Assembly (NCBI GenBank): GCA_013265495.1
Contig: MU058781.1
Location: 5,085,050-5,149,049 of the forward strand
Origin: Vicugna vicugna
Taxonomy: Eukaryota
Length of the DNA: 64,000 nt
Direction: 5' to 3'
In this document: piece by piece, positions 13,480 through 26,700 of the stretch
Numbering within the stretch: the stretch's first letter is position 1
Layout: every line of letters starts with the position of its first letter
Position numbers and translations under genes: made by a program
Notes under the pieces: generated by a model
Databases searched by the model: none
Seen by the model: only the letters and a program-made list of their open reading frames with translations
Told to the model about the DNA's origin: nothing

Positions 13480-14860
13480 AGGGAGAGAGAGAATGACGTA
13501 CAACTTACAATGTGGAACCCTTTGAGCAGACTTAGCAGGAAGGAAGGAGCCAGGCAGCATCTGGAGGAAGAACAGTGCAGGCGGAGGGCTTAAGAGAAGC
13601 CCCAGGACAGGGTTGGGAGCCAGTGTGGCCTGATGGAGGAACCTGGAAAGAGTAGGAGGAGGGAGGCCAGAGGGGGAGCCAATGGCTGGGTGGCACGGGC
13701 CGCTCTAGCCACGAGAAGGGCAGCATTCTCCACGTGATGAGAGGCCACAGGGGTGCTCTGAGCAAGGAGGTGACATTCTGCATGGAGGGTGAGAGTAGCG
13801 GCAGGGACGCAGTGAGGAAGCCACCACAGCCGTCCAAACAGGGCCTTAAGGCAGCCTGGACGAGACTAAACGGCAGTGGGAGAGCCAGTAGGAAGTGGTC
13901 GGATCTGAGATCTAGTTTGAAGGCAGAGCTGACTGGATTTACTGAAGAGCTGGACGTGAGGTGTGAGAGCAAGAGAGGAATCCAGCAGCATTTTATATTC
14001 TCGTTGCTGGTTTGTTTTGGCCAAAGGCCCAGGATGAATGGTGGTTTTATTTAATGAAAATGAGGAAGACTGAATGGCCAGGAAGGTGGGGAGAAGAGAG
14101 TGAAGACTTCGGGCTTTGACATGTTGAGCCGAAGCTGCCTATAAGCACAGCCGTGGGGATCCTGAGTTGGCAGCTGGATATTCCAGTCTAGAACTGGGGG
14201 GGCAGGCGGGGGTGTCAGGACAGGAGTTGTTTAATCAGGGAGTCACTAGCATCATGGTATTTAAAGCCTTGGGATGGATGAGGCCACGGAAGGTAAGAGA
14301 AAAGGTCCAAGAGATGCTTCCCCATCTGGGACAGGGGAAGCAGAAAGGACGGCGAGGCAAAGGAGACCAAGAAAAAGAAGAGTGAACCTTGGGGAAAATC
14401 AGAGTAAGTACTGGGATGATTCAGCAGAGGGTAAAAACCAATGACGTGGGAAGACAGAGGGAAGACATGTCAGAGCAGAGCCCTGGAGGAGGACAGAGCA
14501 GATGGGAGGCAGCACAGAAGGAAAGCCTGAGAAGCAGGGCTGGCCCCCGAGTCAGGGAGGATGAAAGAGCAGGGAGAGTGAGAGAAAGAAGCACGGACAA
14601 GTCCCCTCTGACTGCTTCTATCTCCTTGGTGCGATCAGAGAAATCAATTAAGAGTGAGGAGCAGAAGCAGGATGCTGGCAGTCTGAGGAGAGGGGCAGAA
14701 GTGAAGTGCGCTGGGATTGCCAGTCGGGGCTCAAGGCTCTCTAGGGAATTGTGGACAAAATTTAAAGTGAGACCTCAGGGAAAGGCTGCATGTCTGTTTC
14801 CAGCCACATTCAGCTGCTCAGGATCAGGCATCACACAGGCGGAGTTTAATTTAACCAATT
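13480..14860 (-). mobile_element. LINE-2 remnant
   Basis: Purine-rich plus-strand L2 motifs such as ggaagtggtcggatctgagatctagtttgaaggcagagctgactggatttactgaagagctggacgtgagg. Explains ORFs 13532..13972, 13734..14054 and 14389..14862. Confidence 0.7.
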
Positions 14861-15342
14861 AAAGTCTGCCAACAACACAGGTTGAGAACTACAATGGATT
14901 ATTCCACAGTACTAGAAAAATTAATTACCGCTATTGGCAAAAACCTTAGTGATCACTTCATGCTGTACATCAGTATAATTGTTAGAGCAAAAACATCAAA
15001 GAAAAATTAAGGTCAAATAAAAACTGGAAGAAATTACACGTTAACATTTATTTCTTAGGATTGGGAGAGAACTTATTAGGCAGAAAAGCAATGGAGGATA
15101 TCATTTTAAAATACTCATTTGAATACATAAAAAAATTAAACTCCTACGTGTAATAAAAAAGCAAGCAAAATTAAAAGGCAAATAACCAGCTAAGATGTTA
15201 AATATCTGCAATAAATATGATGATTTGATATCCTTAATAGGTAAAACCTCACTTAAATCTTTAAACACACTAAAATTCCACCTGAAAATGGCCAGAAGCG
15301 TGAACAAAACAACTCACTACAAAGGAGCTAGTAAGTCAAATT

Positions 15343-15885
15343 TCATGTTCACAGCAGCACTATTTACCATAGCCAAGACATGGAAGCAACCTCAATGTCC
15401 ATCAACAGATGACTGGATAAAGAAGATGTGGTATTATTTATACAATGGAATACTACTCAGCTATAAAAAAGAATAAAATAATGCCATTATTTTGGATGGA
15501 CCTGGAGATTGTCATTATAAGTGAAGTAAGCCAGAAAGAGAAAGGAAAATACCATATGATATCACTTATATATGGCATCTAAAAAAATGACACAAATAAA
15601 CTTATTTACAAAACAGATTCGCAGACATAGAAAACAAACTTATGGTTACCAGGGGAAAGGGGATGGGGAAGGGATAAATTGGGAGTTTAAGATTTGCAGA
15701 TCCTACTATATAAAATAAACAACAAGTTTCTACTGTACAGCACAGGGAACTATATTTGGAATCTTATAACCTATAATGAAAAGGAATACTAAAAGGAATA
15801 TATGTATGTACATGTATACTGAAACATTATGCTGTACACCAGAAATTGACACAACATCGTAAACTGACGTATTTTAATTTAAAAC
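15343..15885 (+). mobile_element. 5'-truncated, relatively young L1 (ORF2 end plus 3'UTR), nested in an older L1M remnant (~14940-16200)
   Basis: Encodes MFTAALFTIAKTWKQPQCPSTDDWIKKMWY (L1 ORF2 C-terminus), followed by a typical 3'UTR and an A-rich end. Confidence 0.9.
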
Positions 15886-16260
15886 AAATCAATTTCACCT
15901 CATCATGAAACCTCAATCAACCAATACTGTATTTATCATATTAGTAAAGACAAGAAAAAGAAATTCTCGAGTGAGGGCATGTGAAACAGACACAACTGAT
16001 TAGTCACATACATTGCTAATTAAAGTGTAAACTGGCATCTTTCTAAAAAGTGAGTGGTCAATACACATCAAGAACCTTAAAAAACACAATATCCTTCAAT
16101 TGTTTAAAAAAAAAAAAGGGACCTCTAAGAGGTACTTCCAACAATTGAAAATGGTATTTTTCAAAAATTCATTAATGGCATGAGGCAATACTCATTTTAT
16201 AATGTGAAAAAACAAGGAACAAAGTTGCTTATGTTATTCCAACTTATGTGTCTATGTCTC

Positions 16261-16265
<5 letters not shown>

Positions 16266-16319
<54 letters not shown>
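16266..16319 (+). repeat. Compound microsatellite (TA)13(GA)14
   Basis: Read directly from the sequence. Confidence 0.95.
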
Positions 16320-16321
<2 letters not shown>

Positions 16322-19300
16322 TCTCTCTGTATCTCTAGGTAACCTCCAAAATTCGAGATTTTTTGACTAGTGAGTCAACTTTTTTCTTGATAACTTTTTG
16401 TATTTTCCTAATTATCTGTAACAGGCATACATTGCTTTGTTTTCCACCTTTACTCTTACTGGCTTTACTTTTCTTCATGGAATTTATCACACAATTTATC
16501 CTATATGGAATTTATACCTCACATATTTATTTGTTTGTTTGCTTATTAGTTTATTGTAAACCAACCCCTTCTCAAAGACTGTGTGTTCCAGGAGACCAGT
16601 AAGTTTTTCTTGCTTATTATTCTATGATGAATACACTGCTTTTATAGTCATTTTTAAAAATAAAGATCAGGCTTTCATATTTAAAAGGAAGTATGAAATC
16701 GGGCTTTGACGTCTTGAGTTGAAGCTGCCTGTAAGCACAGCTGTAGAGATCTGGAGTTGGCAGCTGGATATTCCAGTCTAGAACTTAGAAGGGAGGCCAG
16801 GATAGAAGCAGTTCAGGCAGGGAGTCTCTAGCATCAAATGGTAATTAAAGCCTGGGGACCGAAGAGACCACAGAAGGCAATCTTGTCGTGGTTAAGCGTG
16901 AGCTAATCAGGTGAAAACACGACTAACAAGCTACGGTACTGGTCCCCATTTCCAGAGGACTGCAGTTTCAAACACCATTTTTATAAAAGGTGTTGGGAAA
17001 CTTGAGTGTGTCCAGACAAAGGTGAACAGGACAGCAAAGAAGCTGCAACCAAATATTATGGGGGGTGGGGGGAGGTTGAGGGAACTAAGACTCTGAAACA
17101 TCCCTCAGAATTACCTGTAATTCTGGTAAATGCTGTAAAAGGGATTCTACAAAGGATAGGATGTTGGATTACGTGACTTAAAGGTTTTTTTGTTTGTTTG
17201 TTTGTAAATCTAATTACCCCTGCTAATAGCCAAAAGTTAAAAAAATTTTTTAAAAAAATCTCACTAATTGAGATACTCTGGTACTAACTATAATATATAT
17301 AGTTAGCACATTGTAGCTGTTTAATAAGTACTAGCCTCCTTTCCTCTAACTTATAATTTTAATAGAAATAGCAGAGCTATATTCATATAACTATAATGGT
17401 AAAACTGGTATTCTGCACTACATTAATATTACTAAATGAAAAAGACAGCAAATCCCTATGCCAAATTCATATATTCAAATACTATTTATTTTTTGCCATT
17501 TCATGAAAATTACTGAGACAACTCTTATTAAAAATATTTTAAATTTTTAGTAATGTTTATTTTTATTTGGAACTGATGAGAAATCTACACAAAGTAAATT
17601 TCTTGACTATTCGGTTCCATCTTACCTACAACTACAGTACTTCTTTCCTAAGTTTTCAAAACTGTAACTACAGACTTGAAAGTGCAGAGAATTGGTAAGT
17701 ACCCTATACTAATCTTTGTTGCCTGTACACACTTTAAATAATCCTTCAGAAAACAGAAAAGTGGATGAAACTTCTCAGTATTGTTCCAATGTTTCTTTAG
17801 TTATTGCCCTTATCTTGGAGGGAACACTGTTTTGTCCCTCAACTGTAGTCAGATTAATCAGGTTTTATCTACATTCATTTACAGAATGGGCAAATCTCTA
17901 CAAAGAAAGCCAGATGAGTATGTGGGCCAACAGGGCTCAGCGGGCCACCTGGCTTGGCCCTGGAGATCTATAGAAACCAGCAGGGAAGTACCAGTCTTCT
18001 GAGAAGGTGCAAACTCCATCACCAGCCTAAAACGTTTGAAACAGCAGAGCTACAAGATTCCATAGGTTATTTTCCAGTACAAACCTCCAAAAACCTGAGA
18101 CAAAATCATGAAGCTCCATATGAATTCAGCAGATAAAATTTCTTTTGAGCCTGACAGGTAAAAATTTTCACAGAACTCTCCTTTTTGTAGTACTGAAATT
18201 TAGTTTTTCTGAAGGGTATAATTTTTGCTGTCAAGTTTATACCATGTTCCAGCAAAAAGGTAATGAATCAGAACAGCTGTATTTATTCATGATACCAAAC
18301 ATACATGATATGTAACAAAAAGTTGTCCTGATACATTTGTAAAAGGACTCTACTGCTGTAATTATTGTTTACAGAATAGTGGTATATAATCATTATAAGA
18401 AATCACAGAAAGGTAACATTTAAGCATCACAACCCTGATCTCAAGGCACTACTTTTGTGTAGTTTAATACCTAAACAAGATGTTAGAATTCCAATTCCTC
18501 TTTAACATAAAACATCATCTTTCAGAGTTCTAGGTCCTGCCTCAGTAGGACGTATTATAACAGGTATTAGAATAAAGAATCGACTAGTTCTTAAACATAA
18601 ACTGTATTAGAAACAAAATTAAGGGACAGGATATGAATATTTCTGTACTACAGGACACAGATACTAACTTCATTTGAACACTAAGTTATATAATATAAAC
18701 CAGCTTTTTAATACACTTACATATGTAGACATGATACTTAAAAAAATCTTGCCAGTATTCACCAACAAATTGAGCTTTTTCTCGGGGAGTAATTTCTTAA
18801 ATAATTTAAATTTGATACCAGATTATACCTGTATTCACATCTTTACTCTTAGAACCACCATGTTAAGATAGTAAAACTGAGGAAAGAAGAGAAAACATCA
18901 CTGATTATATAAATAAATACTTTAAAAATAAACCCTAACGTTCTCACTCCCTGCATGCTTACCGGTTCATTCCTGAACACTTGACAAATAATGAACGAGA
19001 ACGTGGTAATACCTCAAGCTAGGATTTCATTCCATGAACACGCCAGTGTTAGGATGAATTCCTGAGCTATCATCTTGCATCGGTTGAGCCTGAAGGTTTG
19101 CTACACTATTTACAAGATGGACATGAGAAAGGGAGAAGGAACTTTCCCTTTAATTCAAGTTTGACTTTAATATATAATCTCAGAAACAGAAAAATCACAA
19201 GAGTAAGAAAGAGATCGGGGACAACGTGCACCTCTTTCATTTTTTTTCCTTTGGAAACAAGTGGGCTTCTATCTGACAAGGCATGATACATAACAGGTCA

Positions 19301-21679
19301 AAATATGTGCCACCTTAAAGGCGTAATATAGAGTTTTAAAAAATGCAGTAATTAATAAAAACTATATCTCAGTTATCTCCATGGGTAGAATAATAAATTA
19401 CTCAACCAAAAAAGGCCACCGATTAATTTCTAAGGTTAAATTTTTTTGCAGTAAATTCTACAAGTTCAATATCCTTGTATATGTTATTCATAAAAATGCC
19501 ACAAATAAACAGACATCCTAAAACAATAGTCTCTAGACAACAGGTAACAGGGTGCACTGAAGTTCTGAATAATTAGGAAAATAACATATCCTTTAATCTC
19601 TATGAAGTATTATTACATTTTTTAAGGCCATTTGGAAAATCAGCCATTTTAGATGAACTAAGGTAGGAGCACAGAATGAATTTTAACTTTACACAGTTCC
19701 TGGATACGGCTCACATGTTTAACTACAGTAACTGCTTCTTGGCAGAGGAACACACTAGCAGCGGGGGATGCTGAGTTGGTTTTATAGAGTTGTACACAGA
19801 ACTGGCCTTATTATTCTAATGGCTGGCATTGCTTTCCCACATTTTATATTTATCTTTTAATATAAATGCACTGCCACATAAAAACGACTGGTGAATTTCA
19901 CCTGGTGGACAAAGCACAAAATCATAAAAGCAAAAGTCCTAGACGTCCATGCAACATTTTTTACTTACTTGTTTTAGGTATTAATTTATTAATTATTATC
20001 TCTTGATAAAACAGATGATTAATGCTTTCATTAAAATGTACTGCTTGTTGGTTCAAATCAAGTTGAAATTTCTGCTTTTTAGTGATGTATCATCTGCATA
20101 CCATGCAAACATTGCAATGTACCAAGCACGGAGGCAAAATCTTTAAAGAAAAGCATTGAAGGAAAAACATAAGATGAAGTTCCACCTACAGGGATTCCTC
20201 TGACTAGTTTCGGTGAGTCCTGGAGATGACATGATGTGAGACCTGAACAAGTAAACAGAAGCTCAGTGCTGATCAAGTGAAACCTCAGGTTACCAGGCAG
20301 CTCTCCTGATGTGCATCTTCTGGGATGTAGAACAAAGGAAGTGAGGCTCAAGGCAGAAGCAGGTTTTTCCAAAGAAATTCTATTAAGCTTGTTAGTTTTC
20401 TGCTGATGGCTTAAGCAGACGTATATCGGAATCTACTGCCTCTATAAAAGCCAAATGCAAGCTCTCAGGACTCTGGTGTGCAAAGATGTATGCACAGATC
20501 TAGGGCTATACCAAATGCTGCTCAAAAGGTAGGGGGGAAGGAGGCTGAAAATATACTAAATTCATCTGAATCTGTCAACCAGGCACAAAGATGCATTAGC
20601 AATATACCAAAAGAGAGAAGAAACTTTGCTTTCTGAAAGTAATAAAGATTAAGAATAAAGTTTGTTTCTTAACACATAGGTATCTTTAAATTTCCCCCAC
20701 TTCATTTTTAACATAGCTTTAGCCAAAAGGTTCCTTCAAATTCAGCAACACTAACCAGTAGCTTGGAATGTGTTATGTATTTTTAATAAGTTTCTTAAAT
20801 CATCACAATTCCAATAGTTACAGATACGTGTCAGCAGTCTTCCCCTGTTTCAGAATAGTATGCTCCACACCCCACTCCCTCTGGTCTGCTCTGAGTCACA
20901 GCGTCATCAATCAGCCACTCTGCTACCTTCAGCCTCTCCCTCTCCAGCCTCTTTTCCCTTTTCATACAAAGGCGCTCAAATTTCTCAAAGATTAAAAAAT
21001 GTTCCTCCCTTCAACCTAACCCTCTCCCCTAACCTCTCTTCTCCTCCTTCCCTCAGCCTTAGCTTTTGAAAGCGCTGCTCTACTTCCCCATTCATCCAAG
21101 TATTTAGTAAGTACCAATGAGCCGAGCACCCAGGGTCACCGTGGTGAACCAGGCAGAACACCCCATGCCTCCCCAGTCCCCCGCCACCTGGTTTCCGCTC
21201 CCACCCCCACTTATGAACACCCATGCTGCTGAAATTACTCCCAGTGACATCTCCAGTTAGCTTTCAGTTGACATATCACATGCCCCTTCTCAGACGACCT
21301 TTCTCTCTATTCTGTTCACAACAAGGTGACTCTGCCTCTTGACATTTCCTTGAATTGTTCTCCTTGAGTGACACCACACTCTCCCCCTTACCTGACTGTT
21401 CTCAGCCTCCACTACAAGGAGCTAGGTCTCTTCTTATGCCTGTCTGGTGAATTCTAGTGCTTCCCAGATCGCTCTTAAATGTCACCTTAGTTTTATCCTG
21501 TCTGCTCTCCACAGGCAACTGCATCCAAACCCAAGCTCCCGTTCCCACCTGCGTGCTGACTGCTCCCAACTCCAGCTCAGATCTTTCTCCTGATGTCCAA
21601 CAACCCTTTGGACGCTTCTACCTGTAAAGTCTCATAGACATCTGAAATTGAATATGCTCAAGACAGAATTCAGTCAAGA

Positions 21680-23000
21680 ACAACATATTTATGAATCAAT
21701 TTAACAAAAGTGTGAGATTTGTAATACTGAAAATAACACAACATTGGTGAGAAAAATCAAAGAAAGTCTAAATAAATGAAGACATTCCATGTTAATAAAC
21801 TGGAAGACTCCTATTGTTCAGATAGCAGTTCTTCCCAAAGTGATGTATAAATTCAACACACTCCCTATCAAAGTCCCAGCAGGCTCTTTTCTTGTAGAAA
21901 TAGACAAAATGCTCCAAAAATCTGTACTGAAATGCAAAGGATCTAAAATAGCCAAACTTATTTTTAAAAAGAACAGAGTTGAAGGACTTACACTTTCCAA
22001 TTTCAAAACTTACTACAAAGCTACAGTAATCAAGGCAGTGTGGTACTGGCAATAAGGCACAAAACTGAGAATCCAGAAATAAACTCTTATTTATATTCAT
22101 GGCCACTGGTTTCCTGCAAACCAAAGCAAAAAACTGCTAAAGCAATTCAATGGGGGAGAAAAATAGTCTTTTCAAAAAATAGCTGAGACAACAGAACACT
22201 AATATGTAAAAAGACAAACAACGTAGACTCTTACATCGCACAAACACAAAACTGACTCAAAATGGATCTGGGAAGAAAAAAAAATGGATCACAGACCTAA
22301 ATGTAAGCGTCAATAATAACAAGTGCTGGCAAGGGTGAGGAGAGACCACAACCTTCAGGCGAAGTTCGTGGAAACATGAAAGGTACCACCATCGCTTCAG
22401 AAAACAGTTCAGTAGTTTTTTTAAAAGTTCGTAAGATCAACATAAATGATCCAGAAATTCCAGGCTTAGCTGTATACCCAACAAAAATGAAAACTTATGT
22501 CCACAGAAACACTTGGACACGAAAATTTGTAACAACGTTTTTCACAATAGCCCAAAAGTAGAAACAATCCAAATGTCCATCAGCCAGTGAATGGATAAAC
22601 AAAATGTAATAAATTCATACAATGGAATATTAATTCAGTAGTTAAAAAAAAAGAACAATCTACTGACATATGCTACAAAATGGATGAATTTCAAAAATTT
22701 AATACAAAGGAATCCAGAAGCAAAAAGACTACATATTGTACAATTGCATTTTTGTGAAAAGTTCAAAAAAGGCAAATCTAGAGACAGAAATTGATTAATG
22801 ATGGCCCAGGACTGGGGATACAAGAGGGTACTGAATGCAAAGAGGCAGAAAGGAATGGTTGTGGGTAATGAAAATGTTTTAAAACTGTATTGTGATGATG
22901 GTTCCACAACTCTATAAATTTACTAACAATCATTGAATTATACACCTAAAAATGGATGAATCTTGTGGTATAAAAATCAAACCTCAATAAAACTATTTTT
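21680..23000 (+). mobile_element. L1M(B-like) element: ORF2 fragments plus 3'UTR with polyA signal
   Basis: ORF 21789..22055 (LPKVMYKFNTLPIKVP...LTLSNFKTYYKATVIKAVWYW) is L1 ORF2. The element ends acctcaataaaactatt. Confidence 0.9.
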
Positions 23001-23492
23001 AAAAGCCTTTCTCAACTATCAGATACCGAAAAGTTTTACACTTTTGTGGGTTTATTGGGAACTTGCCTGCGGTCATTAATAAACTGATACTTTTACCTCC
23101 TCCCCAAAGAACCAACAGAATTCACTACCACTCCCTCCTAAATCTGCTCTTCTGCCTGTATTACATATCCTGGTAGATTAAAAAAATCTACCTACCCAAA
23201 TGTCCTAGCCAGAATTCTAGTCATCCTAAAATCCTCAAAACAATCATGAAATTATTTTTATTCTACCTACCTAGATTCTTGAATCTGGATCTTCTTCTCC
23301 ATTCTACTACTGCCTTCATTCAAATATGTTTAATAGTTTCTCAACAAATCTCTCTTGCTCTAGACTGGCTCTTTCCCAATCCATCTTCTACAGGATCCCA
23401 GAAAACTTGCTCTACAATACAAATTGGACCCTGCTACCCTAATTAAAACTGTCTGGGTTCTCCCACTCCTGCCTTGTCTCTATGGGCTGCAA

Positions 23493-23728
23493 CAGTAACC
23501 TCTAAGTCTTCTGACCATGCACCTCCGCCATGAACAAAAACGTTTAACATGCACCCCAAATGTGTATATTTATATATCATACATCAATTCCTGTACTAGC
23601 TTATAACAGAATATATACAAAAAATTTAAATTTACAAGGATGACATAAAAAAGAAACAAGTAGAAGTTCCAGTTTTCTTCTCCACTCCTAATATTTTGCA
23701 CACTCACATGCCTCTTTGGAGACCACTA
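23493..23728 (-). mobile_element. hAT-Charlie-type non-autonomous DNA transposon (MITE)
   Basis: Degenerate TIRs CAGTAACCTCTAA ... TTTGGAGACCACTA around an AT-rich core; inserted into an L2 remnant. No clear TSD survives. Confidence 0.6.
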
Positions 23729-26700
23729 GCCCAAAGGAAAAAGTCCAACTCCTTTGCATGACATATAAGGCTGTGTGTGTATCATTTGTTCCCTGCCCAC
23801 ATCTCTACTTCATCCCTCACTCCTTCACCCCACACACCATATGCTTCAGCACTAATTATCTGTAGTTCCCTCACTGAACAAGAAGTTAAATTTCAGCTTG
23901 TATTATTGAAGTCAAATAAACACCTCTGCATCTCTGCAATTGTTCTCTCCTCTTCCTGGAATGTCCTTGTTACTCCTTGCAGCCAGGTTAGCACTCATCA
24001 GTCAGACCCAGCTCAAGTACCTCTCTCTGAATGGCTGATTACTCCCACCTTGGTGTACTTATTTCTGTTTTAGTATTTTTTACTTTGTATTAAAATTATA
24101 TACTGGCCTTTCTACAAGCTTTACGGCAGTGCTTCAGCCTCTTGAGCACAGAGGACAGAGTATTATTCAACCTGAGTCTCTGTGACCTATCAACTGCCAA
24201 ATGGCAGCTGAGAAGTTTCGCGTTATACATTGAGCTAACACTTGAATTGAACCACCAATTCTACCATCTCTCTATTACATCCATATCTGTAATGTGCTAC
24301 AGCTGCCAAGCCACTAGTATGCATAATCCACATCCAAGAGTCAAAGTGAGGATCATAACAGCCTCTGAAGTCTCAGACTCAGATGACCTCTTCAGTTCTA
24401 GTTCTTTTTTACGCAAATGTACACCATTACTGGGACTGCTTCACCTGAGACCTCAAACTGAAATTCTTTCTTTGACCACAAGATGTACCTCAACCACTGA
24501 AATGGTTTTCATCTCTAGGGTGTCCGCCATGCCCGGTACCTCACAGCTTGCTTATTTTACTGGTCTAGGCAGGCCTCTCCTTTCCAGCCTGAGTTCCATG
24601 GCCAACCATTTTAATCGCGATCTCCTTAGCACACAAGATTACCAGGCTCTGCTGATCCATCCTACATTCTCTTCAATTCCCACCTTTGTGTTAACCGAAG
24701 CACATTTGTTCTGGTTTTTATTTCTACTTCCGAGCCTAGCCTTGCAAATTCAGACTATCTTTCCTTACACAGATTCTTTTTCCCATATTACCTGCCGTCC
24801 TTTCCTTCTCTAAGTTCTCAGAGAAAGAGATATCCCTGGATCCTCTCCAAGGATAACCTATCTGGATATTTTTTTCCCATCTTCTCTAGATCTTAATCAA
24901 CCCTTTAACATCTTCAATTTCACCTCCCTCAATCTTGTTTATGTCAAGTTCATGTCACCTTTATTCCCTAATTTCTCATGTACTTCTGATTTGCAATCTG
25001 GATTTTCCCTTTACAAATAGCTCTTATCTGTTCATTGTCAAATCCACCTCTCTGTTCATTGTCATATCCAACAAGATGCCCCCATTCTGCTCAACTTCTT
25101 TGCATTATTTGTATCACTGATAACTGATTCTCCTTTAAGCTTTCTCCTCTCTGGACTTCCTAGTCACTAAATTGTCTTGGTCTTCCTCTATTTCCCATGA
25201 TCACTCTGGCCCTGTCTCATCGGCTCTGCTTTCCAGAGCTAAGCCTTAAATGTGATCAGTGTTAACAGCTCTTTCTCCACACACTCTCAAGATGATCCAC
25301 TCGCTGTGATAGTGCTAACTCCTAAATCCTGGCATGTTTTCACACTGTCAGGCACATTTCTGACACAGTTGGGTAACATACTAAGGAGGAAATTTCAATG
25401 GATGTCCTCTTATGGAGCCTATAGTGGTTGTTTCATTTTTAAAAAGCAGTAAGCATAGGAATCCATTAAAAAGACACATAAACAAACACTTTAATTCACA
25501 ATATAACCATAGTCTGATTCATGAATTCTTTGAGTATAGGTCCACTGAGTGAAAATTCTTTTGTAAGCCACCCCTACTGCACTGAATAAAATTTCTAGCC
25601 TATTTTTAAAAGCAGAGCAGGAATTTAAGATGTGTGAAACAACCTGTGTACAGAATCTTTCAGAATTTTTATTATTTTCCCCCTATCTTTTCTAATTCCT
25701 AATATACCTTCTGCAGCAATTTTTAAAAGCTATTTATGTATATTAAGTCTTCCAAAGCAGTCAACTTAATTTTCTTATAAACAGTTCTCCTTAACAGTGA
25801 CGTTTCATCATTTTACATGAATTTAATTAAGCTGCATATTACAATAATATGCACAACAATAACAAAGGTAAACGAACCTGGGAGTGAAGAACTCACTCTA
25901 GGTAGAGAGAGAAGTATCTGGCTGTATTGGCAAGAAGGTAGCCTATCAGCCTTCAGCACTCAGCACCTTGTGGTATATCAGTCAGTACGTTTTACAGAGA
26001 AACAGGAGAATAACAGTTAATTTGGTGAGGCACTAAAGTGACGGTAAAAAGAGCAATGTTAAGTCGGGAATGTTACGGAGCTAAGAACAACAGCCAATCC
26101 TGGGTCGCCTCTCCTCTGCTCTTTTCAGTGGCACAATATTTCTAGACTTATACTTAAGAGTGATTAAGATTTATACATGAAATGACAGTCTATTTTAAAA
26201 ATTAAAGTGGAAAAATGATGAATAATCCCTAAATAACAGATGTGTCTATTTGTGGCCAATCTCCTATGTCTTTAAGGACTGCGAAAAACTTACTCACTAT
26301 ACATGTAGTTGTAATAATGGAATTCCTTCCCCACTGAAAATAAAAAATTAAGATTTTTAAGATCCTACCCTCCCTTTTACAGTGTATAATATTCAAGTGA
26401 CTGTTAATAAAGTGTTTAAAGGAATGTAATATTTGAGGGAATAGACAAAACCTTCCTGTTGCCAATATTTAAAAAAGCAAATAAACAACAAATAGCTTCA
26501 ATAATACTGTAGAGATTTACTATATATCTCACAAGAGAAAGGTGAACTTAACTCACTAACCTCAATGGAGTACAGGAGGAAGAACCCAGAACTCAGTGGA
26601 TCTAATTTTGTCTTTTGGTCCCCAAAAGTTAGTTCTTCCCCAACTTAGCAAAAAACTTCTACATAAACCACAAGTTGAAGAAAACAATTAGAGGAAGTAA

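Noticed and set aside
24142..24813. Longest ORF in the track (223 aa)
   Set aside because: It starts at TTG, has a Ser/Leu-rich composition with no recognisable domain, lies antisense in an intron and overlaps probable L2 remnant. Treated as chance.
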